Shown piece after piece: positions 10,582 to 20,186 of a stretch of 64,000 nucleotides of DNA. Positions within the stretch are counted from its first letter, which is position 1, and every line of letters begins with the position of its first letter. The stretch comes from Candidatus Poribacteria bacterium (GTDB lineage Bacteria > Poribacteria > WGA-4E > PCPOR2b). Made by a program: the position numbers and the translations under genes. The stretch is taken from assembly GCA_965198175.1 (NCBI GenBank), contig OZ240245.1:2048001-2112000 (forward strand). Reading direction: 5' to 3'. Below the pieces are notes generated by a model that saw only the letters and a program-made list of their open reading frames with translations, was not told the DNA's origin and ran no database searches.

Positions 10582-11714
10582 TTAATCCTCAAAACCCATG
10601 AGCCGCTTGGTTTCTTTCAGGAAAAATTCTCTGTGATGAGGCGGCACTTCCTCCATATTACCCATCGTATCGAAACTGATATTATGCACCTTGACAACAT
10701 TCCCTTTTGGCTCCAAATATATCAGCGACACATCTTCGGGGCGGATGGTGCGATTCCTGATTTCAATGCGTGCGCGGTCAATCATATAGTCACTGTGCGT
10801 TTCAACAATAAACGACTGCCCACTCCGACCCCGGCTTGCCGGCGTAGCTAGTAAAGAGGAAAGTTCCGCCTGCGCCCCTCGGATGCAGATGGACTTCAGG
10901 CTGTTGTAATAGGAAGATGGGAATTCTTCCGCTTCTATAAATGCGCCGACGAGAGACAAGCTGATCGAAGACATTCACTAAAATTGGCAAAATTTGACTG
11001 ACACCATAGCCTACATCAATGACATTGGAGTTTGGTCCCCTTACCTTGACTGTCAGTTTGAATGGGTCGCCCATAGCCCCACCGAAGTTTCTAACGTCAA
11101 TGTTGTGAAATAGCCCCGCACTCTTACCAAATTCGACTAACCTTGCTTTTAAAGCTTCCCATTTGTCTTTATTCGTCGCCTTTATCCGCATTAACCGTAT
11201 CGGTATATCGCTCCCCTCAGGGCCATCAAATTCCCTCATTTGGTCATACGTCCGTTTCGGTTGAGAACGAATCGGTGACATACTAAATACGGGACTTCCT
11301 CCCCACTCCCATGAATCTCCCAAACCTCCCTGCTTTTCCTGTAAATAGTTTGCTAATGCATTTTCTTCCTCATAACCCCGTTCTCCTCTATGACGAAAAC
11401 GATCCAAAAAAAAAGAGGGAGAATTGCTATCCAAAATAGCAGAATTAACACCTATACTATACTGATCCTGTTCCTTATCTACAGTACGTGTAAGGCATAC
11501 CCCCTTTCCCTGCATCGTCAGCACTTAAAACGATTTCACCGTCAGTGTATTTCAGCGTCACTGACCTAACAGAGGGTTCAACCCCTCCCTTTTTTTCAAC
11601 GAATTCAACTATCCATTCACCATCTCTCTTATTCTTGCCGCCAAAGGTACACCCAAGCCTAAACCCTTTCTCTTTTTTTATGCTGTTCCTGACAATACCC
11701 TTAAAGTTTCCCAT
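10582..11714 (-). pseudogene. AAA_21/DUF3696-type ABC-ATPase, 5'-truncated by the IS and frameshifted
   Basis: DVGYGVSQILP signature, LLQQPEVHLHP Walker-B region and IVETHSDY H-loop, split over three frames; no Walker A present. Confidence 0.75.
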
Positions 11715-12700
11715 TAGACATCTTTCCAAAATAGATTTGTGTAGTTATAGTAATCTTGGAGCATAGAATAACTATGGCGTTTGGCAGCTTGTCGAGGAGT
11801 GTCTCAAGTTAACAATTGCGGCAATCACATTCCATGTTTTCCCATAGTTGCGATGTTTGCCTCGATAGATGTCTTTGGTGATGCGAAAAATCTTACACCG
11901 TCTGACGATATGCTCAATGGCAACCCTTTGTGTTGCCAACCGTCGGTTGAATTGCTTCGCCTCCTGAGTCAAGGGCTTGCTCCGACATTTCTTGATGGGC
12001 GTCGAACTGTTGGCATACCGTTTGGCTATGCCCTGATAACCACTATCAGCCAACTTCTCAGTATCGGGGGAAATCGCCAGACGGCTTTCCTCTAGAATTC
12101 TGTAATCGTGAACGCTCCCTTTGCGGCAGATAACCGACAATAGTTCTAACAACGCCAAACACGCAATCAATTGAACTTTTATGGGTTTTTTTTACCGCTG
12201 TAGTAAGCACGCTGTCCTTTTGTTGGACGTTCAATGGGTTGCTCGGTGGCATCAATGACGATTGTTTGGAGATTGCCCGCTAACAAGTGCTTTCGATTCT
12301 TTATCGAAAACACGTTTACTAACACATCAAGTATCTGATGATAGATTTTATTTGCATAAGACTCACTGATACCGAACTCCGAGCCTAACCTGGCAAAGGT
12401 TGGATAGTGACGCAAATAGGTGAATGTCAATAGAAGGCGGTCAATCAATGGCAGCCCCGATTTCCGTCCTCGCTTCTTCATCGGCTGTTCATCTCGAAGA
12501 CTTTCGATATGAACAGCGACACGCTCCAAAATAAGGTTGAAAGTTGCCTTGTCTACACCAACGGCTCGCAGAAATTGCTCATCTGACAACTCTACTGCTT
12601 TTTCAAATTGACTCATGGTTATCCTTTCTACAATAGAAGATGTTTGAAAGGAATAACCTAAAATCATAACAAACGGATACTTATTTTGGAAAGATGTCTA
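11715..12700 (-). mobile_element. IS5-family insertion sequence (ISL2/IS702-like)
   Basis: 19-bp perfect terminal IR TAGACATCTTTCCAAAATA (11715-11733 / 12682-12700) enclosing a DDE transposase. Confidence 0.9.
11772..12616 (-). CDS. IS5-family transposase in two frames (shift at A8 run near 12186-12193)
   Basis: HTH part LLLTFTYLRHYPT...FGISES; IDATEQPIERP, ADSGYQG and RVAIEH DDE motifs. Confidence 0.8.
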
Positions 12701-12729
12701 GTCTGTAAAACCTGAAAATTTCTACGCCA

Positions 12730-12759
12730 ATTATATCATTCACGCCATTGCATAGTCAA
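12730..12759 (-). promoter_or_regulatory. Putative sigma70 promoter facing the IS and ATPase remnant
   Basis: TTGACT-N18-TATAAT with extended TG on the minus strand. Confidence 0.5.
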
Positions 12760-13214
12760 ATGAAGGGACCCCGTTTTTCGCCAATCCCTGCCTACCCAGT
12801 CCAAATTTAGATCGCGCTGTTGGTTGTGCTGCATCTAAGATAACAATGTGGCTGCGAGCGCGAACGCTAACCGCTCGGTACACATTTCATTGACCGTCCG
12901 ATTCAACTTGCATCACGAAGAAATGTAGGGAAAATACCACAGAAAGAGCAGCCAAGGACACTACTCTATGTAACAAGGTTCAAACGTCCCAAAAAACTAA
13001 AGAAATCGAGTTGCCGACCCCGCTCTACCCAACCTACGAATGCTACATCACGAAGAAATATAGGAAAATCTTACGGAAAGCGCAGCAAATCACAACTTGT
13101 TTTGTTGCAAACTCAAAACGTCGCTTTCCTCGCGACGAATTCCCCCTTTTTTTATAGACTGTAAAAACTGTAATTTTACTGACCCAAATATATCATTCAC
13201 GCCATGAAGTTCTT

Positions 13215-13340
13215 GTAGGTTGGGTTGAGATTAACTGAGCGATCAAACGAGCGAATAGATCAAGCGACTGGATAAGGAGCGCGATAGCGATTTTAGGCGA
13301 TAGTTTTTTCCGCTCATCAATACCGCTCCACCCAACCTGC
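13215..13340. repeat. GTAG-type REP/REPIN-like element
   Basis: GTAGGTTGGGTTGAG ... CTCCACCCAACCTGC inverted pair; further copies at 13021-13037 and 29598-29614. Confidence 0.7.
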
Positions 13341-13384
13341 CGTCACTGCGTTCTTGAGTGAGATTGAGGACTGCAAATAAACGC

Positions 13385-13413
13385 TTGCAATCTGGTGTGG
13401 GATCGAATACAAT
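13385..13413 (+). promoter_or_regulatory. Putative sigma70 promoter
   Basis: TTGCAA-N17-TACAAT upstream of the NCS2 permease. Confidence 0.5.
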
Positions 13414-13497
13414 TTAGGGCATTCGCAAGGTGATTTTTTTGGCGAGATGTAAACCCCTAGCCTTGTGAGAGGGGATTTCTACTTCAGAAGGCGATTC

Positions 13498-14826
13498 ATG
13501 ATTGAAAAATTATTCCAGTTACGTGCATCGGGGACGACTTTGAAACGCGAAATTGTCGCAGGTTGTACGACGTTCATGACACTTTCGTATATTATCTTCG
13601 TTCAACCGGCGGTGCTGTCAGCGGCGGGAATGGATTCCGGCGCAGTGATGGCGGCGACGTGTATTACCAGCGCGTTCGCGATGGTATTGATGGCATTGCT
13701 CGCTAATTATCCAATCGCGCTTGCGCCTGGGATGGGGCATAACTTCTATTTCACTTTCACAGTCTGTCTTACGCTCGGAATATCGTGGCAAATCGCGCTC
13801 GGTGCGGTCTTTATTGCAGGGGTATTGTTTGTCCTGCTCTCCTTTGTCGGGTTGCGCGAAAAGGTAATGGGCATTCTGCCGGTTTCGTTGAGGAACGCCA
13901 TTCCCGCTGGGATTGGGTTGCTGATTGCCCTTGTAGGTTTGGAGTGGGCAGGTCTTATCGTTGACAGCCCGGCGACGTATGTCATGCTCGGCGATTTGAA
14001 ATCGGCGCCCGCGCTGCTCTCGGTGTTCGGTCTGGTCGTGATTGCGATTCTCTTCGCTCTGAATGTACGCGGCGCAATCTTGATCGGCATTCTGGCTTCG
14101 ACGGTTGCCGGACTCATCTTCGGGCTGGTAAAGTTCGAGGGAGTTGTTTCCGCACCGCCTTCGATTGCTCCCACCTTCTTCAAGCTTCAGATTCCGAACA
14201 TTTTTGTGGCCCCGGAGCTGATTGCGATTATTGTCATGTTCATCTTTCTGGATCTGTTCGATACGGTTGGAACGCTGGTCGGAGTCGGGCAACAAGCCGG
14301 TTTGATGGTCGACGGGAAGCTGCCGAGGGCGCGGCAGGCGCTGTTTACAGATGCGGTTGCGACCAGCACGGGCGCACTGCTCGGCACCTCAACGGTTACC
14401 AGTTACATTGAGAGCGCATCGGGAATTTCCGCAGGGGGGCGCACCGGCTTGACGAACATCGTTACGGCAATCCTGATGCTGCTTGCGTTATTCTTTAGTC
14501 CACTGATAAAGATGGTTGGGGCCGGATACGCTGGTGGTGAAAATATGACCCTGTATCCTGTGATTGCGCCGGCGCTGATTATTATCGGATGCCTGATGCT
14601 GAAGAATGTGGTGTCTATCAATTGGGACGATTTCACCGAATCCATCCCCGCATTTCTGACATTGCTGATGATGCCGCTCACGATAAGTATAACGGAAGGG
14701 ATTGCGTTCGGGTTCATTTCCTACGCGCTGCTAAAACTTGTCAGCGGTCGTGGTCGGCAGGTGCACTGGTTAATTTACCTGTTCGCTGTGCTTTTCGTAG
14801 CTCGGTATATCTGGCTCGTCGGTTAG
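13498..14826 (+). CDS. NCS2/AzgA family purine permease
   Basis: EIVAGCTTFMTLSYI, APGMG and YIESASGISAGGRTG motifs; multi-TM. Confidence 0.92.
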   Translation: MIEKLFQLRASGTTLKREIVAGCTTFMTLSYIIFVQPAVLSAAGMDSGAVMAATCITSAFAMVLMALLANYPIALAPGMGHNFYFTFTVCLTLGISWQIALGAVFIAGVLFVLLSFVGLREKVMGILPVSLRNAIPAGIGLLIALVGLEWAGLIVDSPATYVMLGDLKSAPALLSVFGLVVIAILFALNVRGAILIGILASTVAGLIFGLVKFEGVVSAPPSIAPTFFKLQIPNIFVAPELIAIIVMFIFLDLFDTVGTLVGVGQQAGLMVDGKLPRARQALFTDAVATSTGALLGTSTVTSYIESASGISAGGRTGLTNIVTAILMLLALFFSPLIKMVGAGYAGGENMTLYPVIAPALIIIGCLMLKNVVSINWDDFTESIPAFLTLLMMPLTISITEGIAFGFISYALLKLVSGRGRQVHWLIYLFAVLFVARYIWLVG

Positions 14827-14913
14827 GGTCAGTGGACTCACACAAAATCAGTAGACGCGAGGGGGCGAAACGCAGTAAAATAACTGAAGTATAGGTCACC
14901 GTGGAGGTAACAC

Positions 14914-15867
14914 ATGGTCAGTTTGGGTAGCGGGAGTTTAACGTATGAAGTCTCCGGCGATAATTGGGGCAATATACCGGAGGATTGGACGTACAAAGAA
15001 GCGACGGCTGTCGCTGTGGACTCCAAGGATAACGTCTATGTATTTAACCGGGGCACTCACCCGATGATTGTGTTTAATCCTGAAGGAAATGTGCTGCGAA
15101 CCTGGGGCGATGGGATATTCACGAATCCACACGGTGTCACCATAGGACCCGACGATTCGGTTTATTGCGTGGACAACTTCGATCACACCGTCCGAAAGTT
15201 TACACCGGGTGGCAAACTCTTGATGACCCTCGGCGCGGAAAACCAGCATTCGCCTGCGATGAGCGGCATTCCATTTAACGAGCCGACGCACCTCGCTGTT
15301 GATCCACACACCGCGGATCTCTATGTCGCCGATGGCTACGCAAATGCGCGAGTTCACAAATTTTCTCCCGATGGACGCCTCCTCTTTTCATGGGGGGAAT
15401 CCGGTACGGATCCAGGCCAGTTCAATATTGTGCATAACATCGTGACGGACAAAGACGGCTGGGTGTACGTCGCTGACCGGGAGAACCACCGAATCCAAGT
15501 GTTTGATTCTAACGGAAAGTACGAGGCGCAGTGGGTCAACTTGTCGAGAGCAGCCTGCATTTATGTGGACCATCGTGACAATCAGTTGGTTTACGTGGGG
15601 GAATACTATGGAGGCATCCAGACAAACGTCGCAGGTAAACACTTGGGACCTCGAGTCTCCATTCTAGACCTCAAGGGAAATGTGTTGGCACGGGTGAGCG
15701 ATGTATCGTACGGCGACGAGCGCGGCAGGTTTTATTCGCCCCACGGGATTGCTGCCGACTCCAAAGGGGATATCTACGTCGCGGAGGTGTCTTGGAGTGA
15801 CTATGGCAGTCGCATGCAGCCGCCTCGGGAGCTGCGTTCGCTCCAGAAATTGATTAGGCAGCGTTGA
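14914..15867 (+). CDS. NHL-repeat protein (PAL-like amidating lyase family)
   Basis: VYVFNRG.HP, YVADGYANARVHKF and YVADRENHRIQVFD NHL repeats. Confidence 0.88.
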   Translation: MVSLGSGSLTYEVSGDNWGNIPEDWTYKEATAVAVDSKDNVYVFNRGTHPMIVFNPEGNVLRTWGDGIFTNPHGVTIGPDDSVYCVDNFDHTVRKFTPGGKLLMTLGAENQHSPAMSGIPFNEPTHLAVDPHTADLYVADGYANARVHKFSPDGRLLFSWGESGTDPGQFNIVHNIVTDKDGWVYVADRENHRIQVFDSNGKYEAQWVNLSRAACIYVDHRDNQLVYVGEYYGGIQTNVAGKHLGPRVSILDLKGNVLARVSDVSYGDERGRFYSPHGIAADSKGDIYVAEVSWSDYGSRMQPPRELRSLQKLIRQR

Positions 15868-15995
15868 AGATTTCAAAATCCTCGGATGGCTATCCGCTTG
15901 TGGTCGCCCGGCTGCCCTGCCGGGAACCAGTGTATCTTGTTGCCATCTGAGCCGCCGGTTCAGCGCATCAATTATGAGGTTAGGAGGATGGTGCT

Positions 15996-16760
15996 ATGCC
16001 CGATGCTGCCTCAATCATTCCAACACAGCAGGAAATTCATGAGACGGATGTCGACGCTAACCCTGGTCTGGAGCGGGATGTCGCCTTTTTCCTGAGATGG
16101 GGTTACCTCGTCGTGGAAAACGCACTCTCCGCGGAACAGGTCGAGACGTTGCGCGCAGCCCTGGATGAGAGCTATCAACGGCGTCAATCTCAGTTCATTG
16201 GCGAGCTTCTGGAAGAGGACGACCGTTTCAGTTTTCTGCTTGACAACCCACCCGTCTTCAACCGTATACGCGCGCTATTGGGAAGTTGCGTTCAACTTCA
16301 CAGTGCAACCGGCAGAGTGACCGAGTCCGGTACGCCCGATCAGGACTGGCATCGTGACAATCCTTGGCCGATGGAGCCTTCTGGTACACCGTCCGGCAGT
16401 CTGCCGCCGGGTCACATCAACTGTGGCTATTACCTAGACGAAATTACGATGGATAACGGTCCAATCGTTATCGTGCCTGGGAGCAGCAGGGCGCCTTTTC
16501 GACCGCCCATTGGCAGTGTGCAGATGCCTGACCAAAAATATGTACTTGCCAAGCCCGGTCAAGCGGTGATCTTTGACGGATGGACTTGGCATCGGGGCAC
16601 CGAGAACAGATCTTCAGAAAGGCGCCGCGTCTGTCTAATGTGCTATCAAAACGCTTGGATGAAGTCCCGTGAACCCTTTGACGGCCCTCGTGTGACGCGA
16701 TTACGTGAGGAAGGATCGACAGAACGTAAGCTGCTGCTGGGCGGTATTCGAGCATGGTAA
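15996..16760 (+). CDS. Phytanoyl-CoA dioxygenase (PhyH) family 2OG-Fe(II) oxygenase
   Basis: WHRD ... WHRG..N.S..RR facial-triad pattern. Confidence 0.88.
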   Translation: MPDAASIIPTQQEIHETDVDANPGLERDVAFFLRWGYLVVENALSAEQVETLRAALDESYQRRQSQFIGELLEEDDRFSFLLDNPPVFNRIRALLGSCVQLHSATGRVTESGTPDQDWHRDNPWPMEPSGTPSGSLPPGHINCGYYLDEITMDNGPIVIVPGSSRAPFRPPIGSVQMPDQKYVLAKPGQAVIFDGWTWHRGTENRSSERRRVCLMCYQNAWMKSREPFDGPRVTRLREEGSTERKLLLGGIRAW

Positions 16761-16845
16761 ATTCAGGTTCAGAAACATCGTCTTCCCAATCGCTGAGGGA
16801 CTCATACCAGAGCAGACCGAGAATAACAGGAGACGCACTTGAGTC

Positions 16846-17271
16846 ATGGGTTGGATCCACTATGCGCTCATCACCGCTTTGGCGTTGGCGAGTGCTGATT
16901 TTTTCGTGAAACTTGCAGCAGGTAGGCTTTCTAGTAGCTTGGGGGTGCTGTTATACGGGAGTTGTACATTCCTCACAGGGGTGGTCTGGGTTGCGTGGCA
17001 GTGGGCTCACGGTGTGCCGCAACATGCTCAGACATCGGGCGTTTTGGCGGCTTTGGGCGTGGGAGTGGCATTTAGCGGGGTTACGTTGGGGTTGTACGCC
17101 ACGTTCGGCTCGGGGGCGCCAATTTCTGTGGGGGCACCGGTTATCCGGCTTGGAGGGTTGGTGTTGGCGAGTTTAGCTGGTTTAATTCTGCTTCAAGAAC
17201 CGCTCACGTTACGATATGTCATTGGTATGATTCTCGTCTGTAGCGGCGTTTATTTGATTGTCACAAGGTAG
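16846..17271 (+). CDS. EamA/DMT family transporter (single domain)
   Basis: About 5 TM helices; LQEPLTLRYVIGMILVCSG. Confidence 0.8.
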   Translation: MGWIHYALITALALASADFFVKLAAGRLSSSLGVLLYGSCTFLTGVVWVAWQWAHGVPQHAQTSGVLAALGVGVAFSGVTLGLYATFGSGAPISVGAPVIRLGGLVLASLAGLILLQEPLTLRYVIGMILVCSGVYLIVTR

Positions 17272-17354
17272 GCATCAATCAAGCGGATTGTTCAGAACCT
17301 GTTTTTCAATCCGCGATGCGCAAGAATTATCGTTGAAAATCACTAGAAGTTCAT

Positions 17355-17849
17355 ATGTCCAATAAAATCTACTCTAAAATACCGAATTCAACCCTAGATT
17401 CCAACTCCGAACCCCTTCAACCTTTTCACAATCTCGACTCATCGGGCATGACGCGCGTTCAGTTGCTCATCTTAATTGGATTAGCAGTGCTCATCGCTGT
17501 GTTGGCCCTGCCGCCCTGGCTGCAATATCGCAAGGTCAGTCAAGCGGACGGCGATGTGGAAGAGATTGCGTTAGCCATCCAAAAGTATCACCGATATACT
17601 GGCGAATACCCCAAGGCATTGAAAGACCTCATCACCGATCCGGGGGTTGAGGGATGGCGAGCGAGCTCGATCGAATCCCTCTCGGAGACGCCTTGGGGCG
17701 GCGGCTATCAACTCCTCTCAGATTCGTACAAAGTCTGTATTCGGGCAGACCATCCCCGCGCTCCTGAAAAGTACCGCGTCGGCGGCATTACTGAGATTAG
17801 CCGTGTTTACCTCGTGAATCGAGAAAAGGCGGAACGATATTGGTGGTAG
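17355..17849 (+). CDS. GspG-like pseudopilin domain protein
   Basis: GMTRVQLLI prepilin-like motif; GEYP..L.DL and TPWGGGY T2SSG-like motifs. Confidence 0.65.
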   Translation: MSNKIYSKIPNSTLDSNSEPLQPFHNLDSSGMTRVQLLILIGLAVLIAVLALPPWLQYRKVSQADGDVEEIALAIQKYHRYTGEYPKALKDLITDPGVEGWRASSIESLSETPWGGGYQLLSDSYKVCIRADHPRAPEKYRVGGITEISRVYLVNREKAERYWW

Positions 17850-17906
17850 GGCGTGTGGAATGCGGGCATCGAGAGTGTTAGGGAAATAGCATGCAAAGGA
17901 GTTAAT

Positions 17907-19106
17907 ATGGCTAAGCGCATTGGGGTTTTGACAGGCGGTGGAGATACGAGTGCGCTCAACGCAACTCTCGAAGGCGTGGCGCTCAAGGCAGAAGAACTCG
18001 GTTTTGAATTGATTGGATTTATGAAGGGATGGCAAGGCGTTCTCAACGGCGGGTCCTACTTCACCCTCACACCAGATTTGATTGACGAAAATCAAGGCGG
18101 TTCCCTGCTAAAAAGCTCGCGGACGAATCTCATCGCCGAAAACAGGATGGATGAAGCTATTAATAATCTCCGCAAATTTCACATTGATGGACTTATCCCA
18201 ATCGGAGGCGATGACACGTTGAGCATTGGCGCCGCGCTCTCGGAAATCTTCACGACAACATTTGTGGCGAAGACTATTGATAACGATGTCGGTTTAAATG
18301 CTCCGAACGGCGATTCTGTTGATTATTCGAAGATAGTCAACTACTTCTGCCTAGGTTTCCCGACAGCCGCGAACCGTCTAATTGATTGCGTACGCGATTT
18401 ACGAACGACCGCATATTCGCACGATAGGATTTTCTTTGTTGAAACGATGGGGCGACACGCTGGTTGGCTCACACTGTCATCTGCTTTTGGACACGCAGAT
18501 CTGATTGTTGTGCCCGAAGTTCGTTACGATTCAGATCGGCTTGCAGCCGCGATTGAAAAGAAGTATGCCGAGAAAGGCAACGTCATCGTAGTTGTTGCGG
18601 AAGGGATACGGAATCAGAAGGGTGAATTAATGATTAGTTCGCAGGAAGAAATTGATGCTTTTGGAAACACCACGCCCGGAGGCTGTTCAGAACTCATTGC
18701 AGCCGCAATGAAAAGGCGTCTTTCACCGGCAATTCCAGTGTCTAGTTTCCGTCATCTCATCCTCGCGCATCTCCAACGGTGTGGAGGCCCCATACCGATA
18801 GATCGGGATTCCGCGGTCAAAGCGGGAAGGTTAGCTGTAGACGCCATCGCCAACGGGCAGGCAAACCATGTCGCAGCGATTACGCGTACCGAAGCGGGGC
18901 TTCAGCCAAAGTTGTTTCCTTTAGATGAGATTATCAAGCTTGATGATGCCGGAAAGGTTATCCCTCGTAATATAGATCTCCGCTTTTATGATGCGGTAAA
19001 CCTCCAGATTTCACGTGCTGGCAGCGGATATTTCCGCCCCATTTTCGGCGATCTGCCTAGACCATATTATGTTCCTTTGACTGCGTTGGATATCCAACAG
19101 ATCTAG
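17907..19106 (+). CDS. pfp: 6-phosphofructokinase, probably PPi-dependent
   Basis: TGGGD, GGDDT, KTIDND and ETMGRHAGW motifs; AAGGAG RBS before ATG 17907. Confidence 0.85.
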   Translation: MAKRIGVLTGGGDTSALNATLEGVALKAEELGFELIGFMKGWQGVLNGGSYFTLTPDLIDENQGGSLLKSSRTNLIAENRMDEAINNLRKFHIDGLIPIGGDDTLSIGAALSEIFTTTFVAKTIDNDVGLNAPNGDSVDYSKIVNYFCLGFPTAANRLIDCVRDLRTTAYSHDRIFFVETMGRHAGWLTLSSAFGHADLIVVPEVRYDSDRLAAAIEKKYAEKGNVIVVVAEGIRNQKGELMISSQEEIDAFGNTTPGGCSELIAAAMKRRLSPAIPVSSFRHLILAHLQRCGGPIPIDRDSAVKAGRLAVDAIANGQANHVAAITRTEAGLQPKLFPLDEIIKLDDAGKVIPRNIDLRFYDAVNLQISRAGSGYFRPIFGDLPRPYYVPLTALDIQQI

Positions 19107-19201
19107 GTCAAGGTACCCATATGTCCGCCGAAAAAAAACCTAAGCTGTTCTTGTTGAGTTAAGTCTCAGTTGTTCTAGGAATAATTTCCTGTGAGTATAT
19201 C

Positions 19202-20044
19202 ATGAAATTTGGCGAATTTGAGTTGTTTGTCATTAACGCCGGCACATTTCGTTTGGATGGCGGAGCCATGTTCGGCACCATACCCAAGGTCATTTGGGAG
19301 AAATCGAATCCCGCTGATGAGCGCAATCGAATTCTGCTGGGTCTTAATTGCCTCCTAATCCGGAGTCCCACAGAGATTATCTTGGTCGACACAGGCTTGG
19401 GAACGATTTACGACGAAAGATTCGCCTTTCTGTATGACGTGGACAGATCCCAGACCAATCTGGTAATGAGTCTTGACATTGCGGGTGTAGGGGCATCGGA
19501 TGTCACCAAGGTGATTCTAACACACCTGCATTTCGACCACTGCGGCGGGAACTGTTTCAAGGATGACAACGGCGAATTAAAGCCCGCATTTGCGAACGCT
19601 GTTTATTACATCAATCGAGACGAGCTAGCCTACGCCAAGCAGCCGGACCATCGCAGTAAGCCTAGTTATCTGTCACACAATTGGGAACCGCTCGAAGAGC
19701 GAGAGCAAGTGATTCTTACTTCCCATGACGAGGAGATTTCACCCGGAGTATCGGTTATGTCCGCACCGGGCCACACGGCGAATCATCAGATCGTTATGGT
19801 GCGCTCGGGAGGACTAACTGCCTGTTTTCTGGCAGATCTCGTACCGACGCCGTCGCACCTCAAAACACACTATGTCATGGGATACGATCTCTTTCCGAAG
19901 ACTACAATGGAAACCAAGGAACGGGTGCTGAAGCAGGCATGGGAGGAAAACTGGCTGCTTATTTTCGAACATTCAGCGGAGATTACCGCCGGTTACTTGA
20001 CGCCAGAGTTGCAGCTTAAACCGGTCGAAATGGCTTCGTTGTAA
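19202..20044 (+). CDS. MBL-fold metallo-hydrolase (YtnP-like)
   Basis: LDGGAMFG, THLHFDHCGG and GHT motifs. Confidence 0.9.
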   Translation: MKFGEFELFVINAGTFRLDGGAMFGTIPKVIWEKSNPADERNRILLGLNCLLIRSPTEIILVDTGLGTIYDERFAFLYDVDRSQTNLVMSLDIAGVGASDVTKVILTHLHFDHCGGNCFKDDNGELKPAFANAVYYINRDELAYAKQPDHRSKPSYLSHNWEPLEEREQVILTSHDEEISPGVSVMSAPGHTANHQIVMVRSGGLTACFLADLVPTPSHLKTHYVMGYDLFPKTTMETKERVLKQAWEENWLLIFEHSAEITAGYLTPELQLKPVEMASL

Positions 20045-20186
20045 ATATGGTGATAGAAATTTTAGCCGAACGGGTTTGTCGGTTGGCTTTCGTTTTTTCG
20101 CGGCAGATTAGGTTGTGACGCACAAGCTGTCGTAATGATGACTAAAGTATATCAACCCCAACGCAAATATTATTGTTGAGTCAGAG

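Noticed and set aside
10105..10851. 248-aa plus-strand ORF
   Set aside because: Antisense to the ATPase/PIN remnants; no motifs.
12700..13460. CRISPR array
   Set aside because: Repeats are imperfect pairs with irregular spacing; no cas genes.
13414..13497. Purine riboswitch before the NCS2 permease
   Set aside because: Conserved aptamer core not recognisable.
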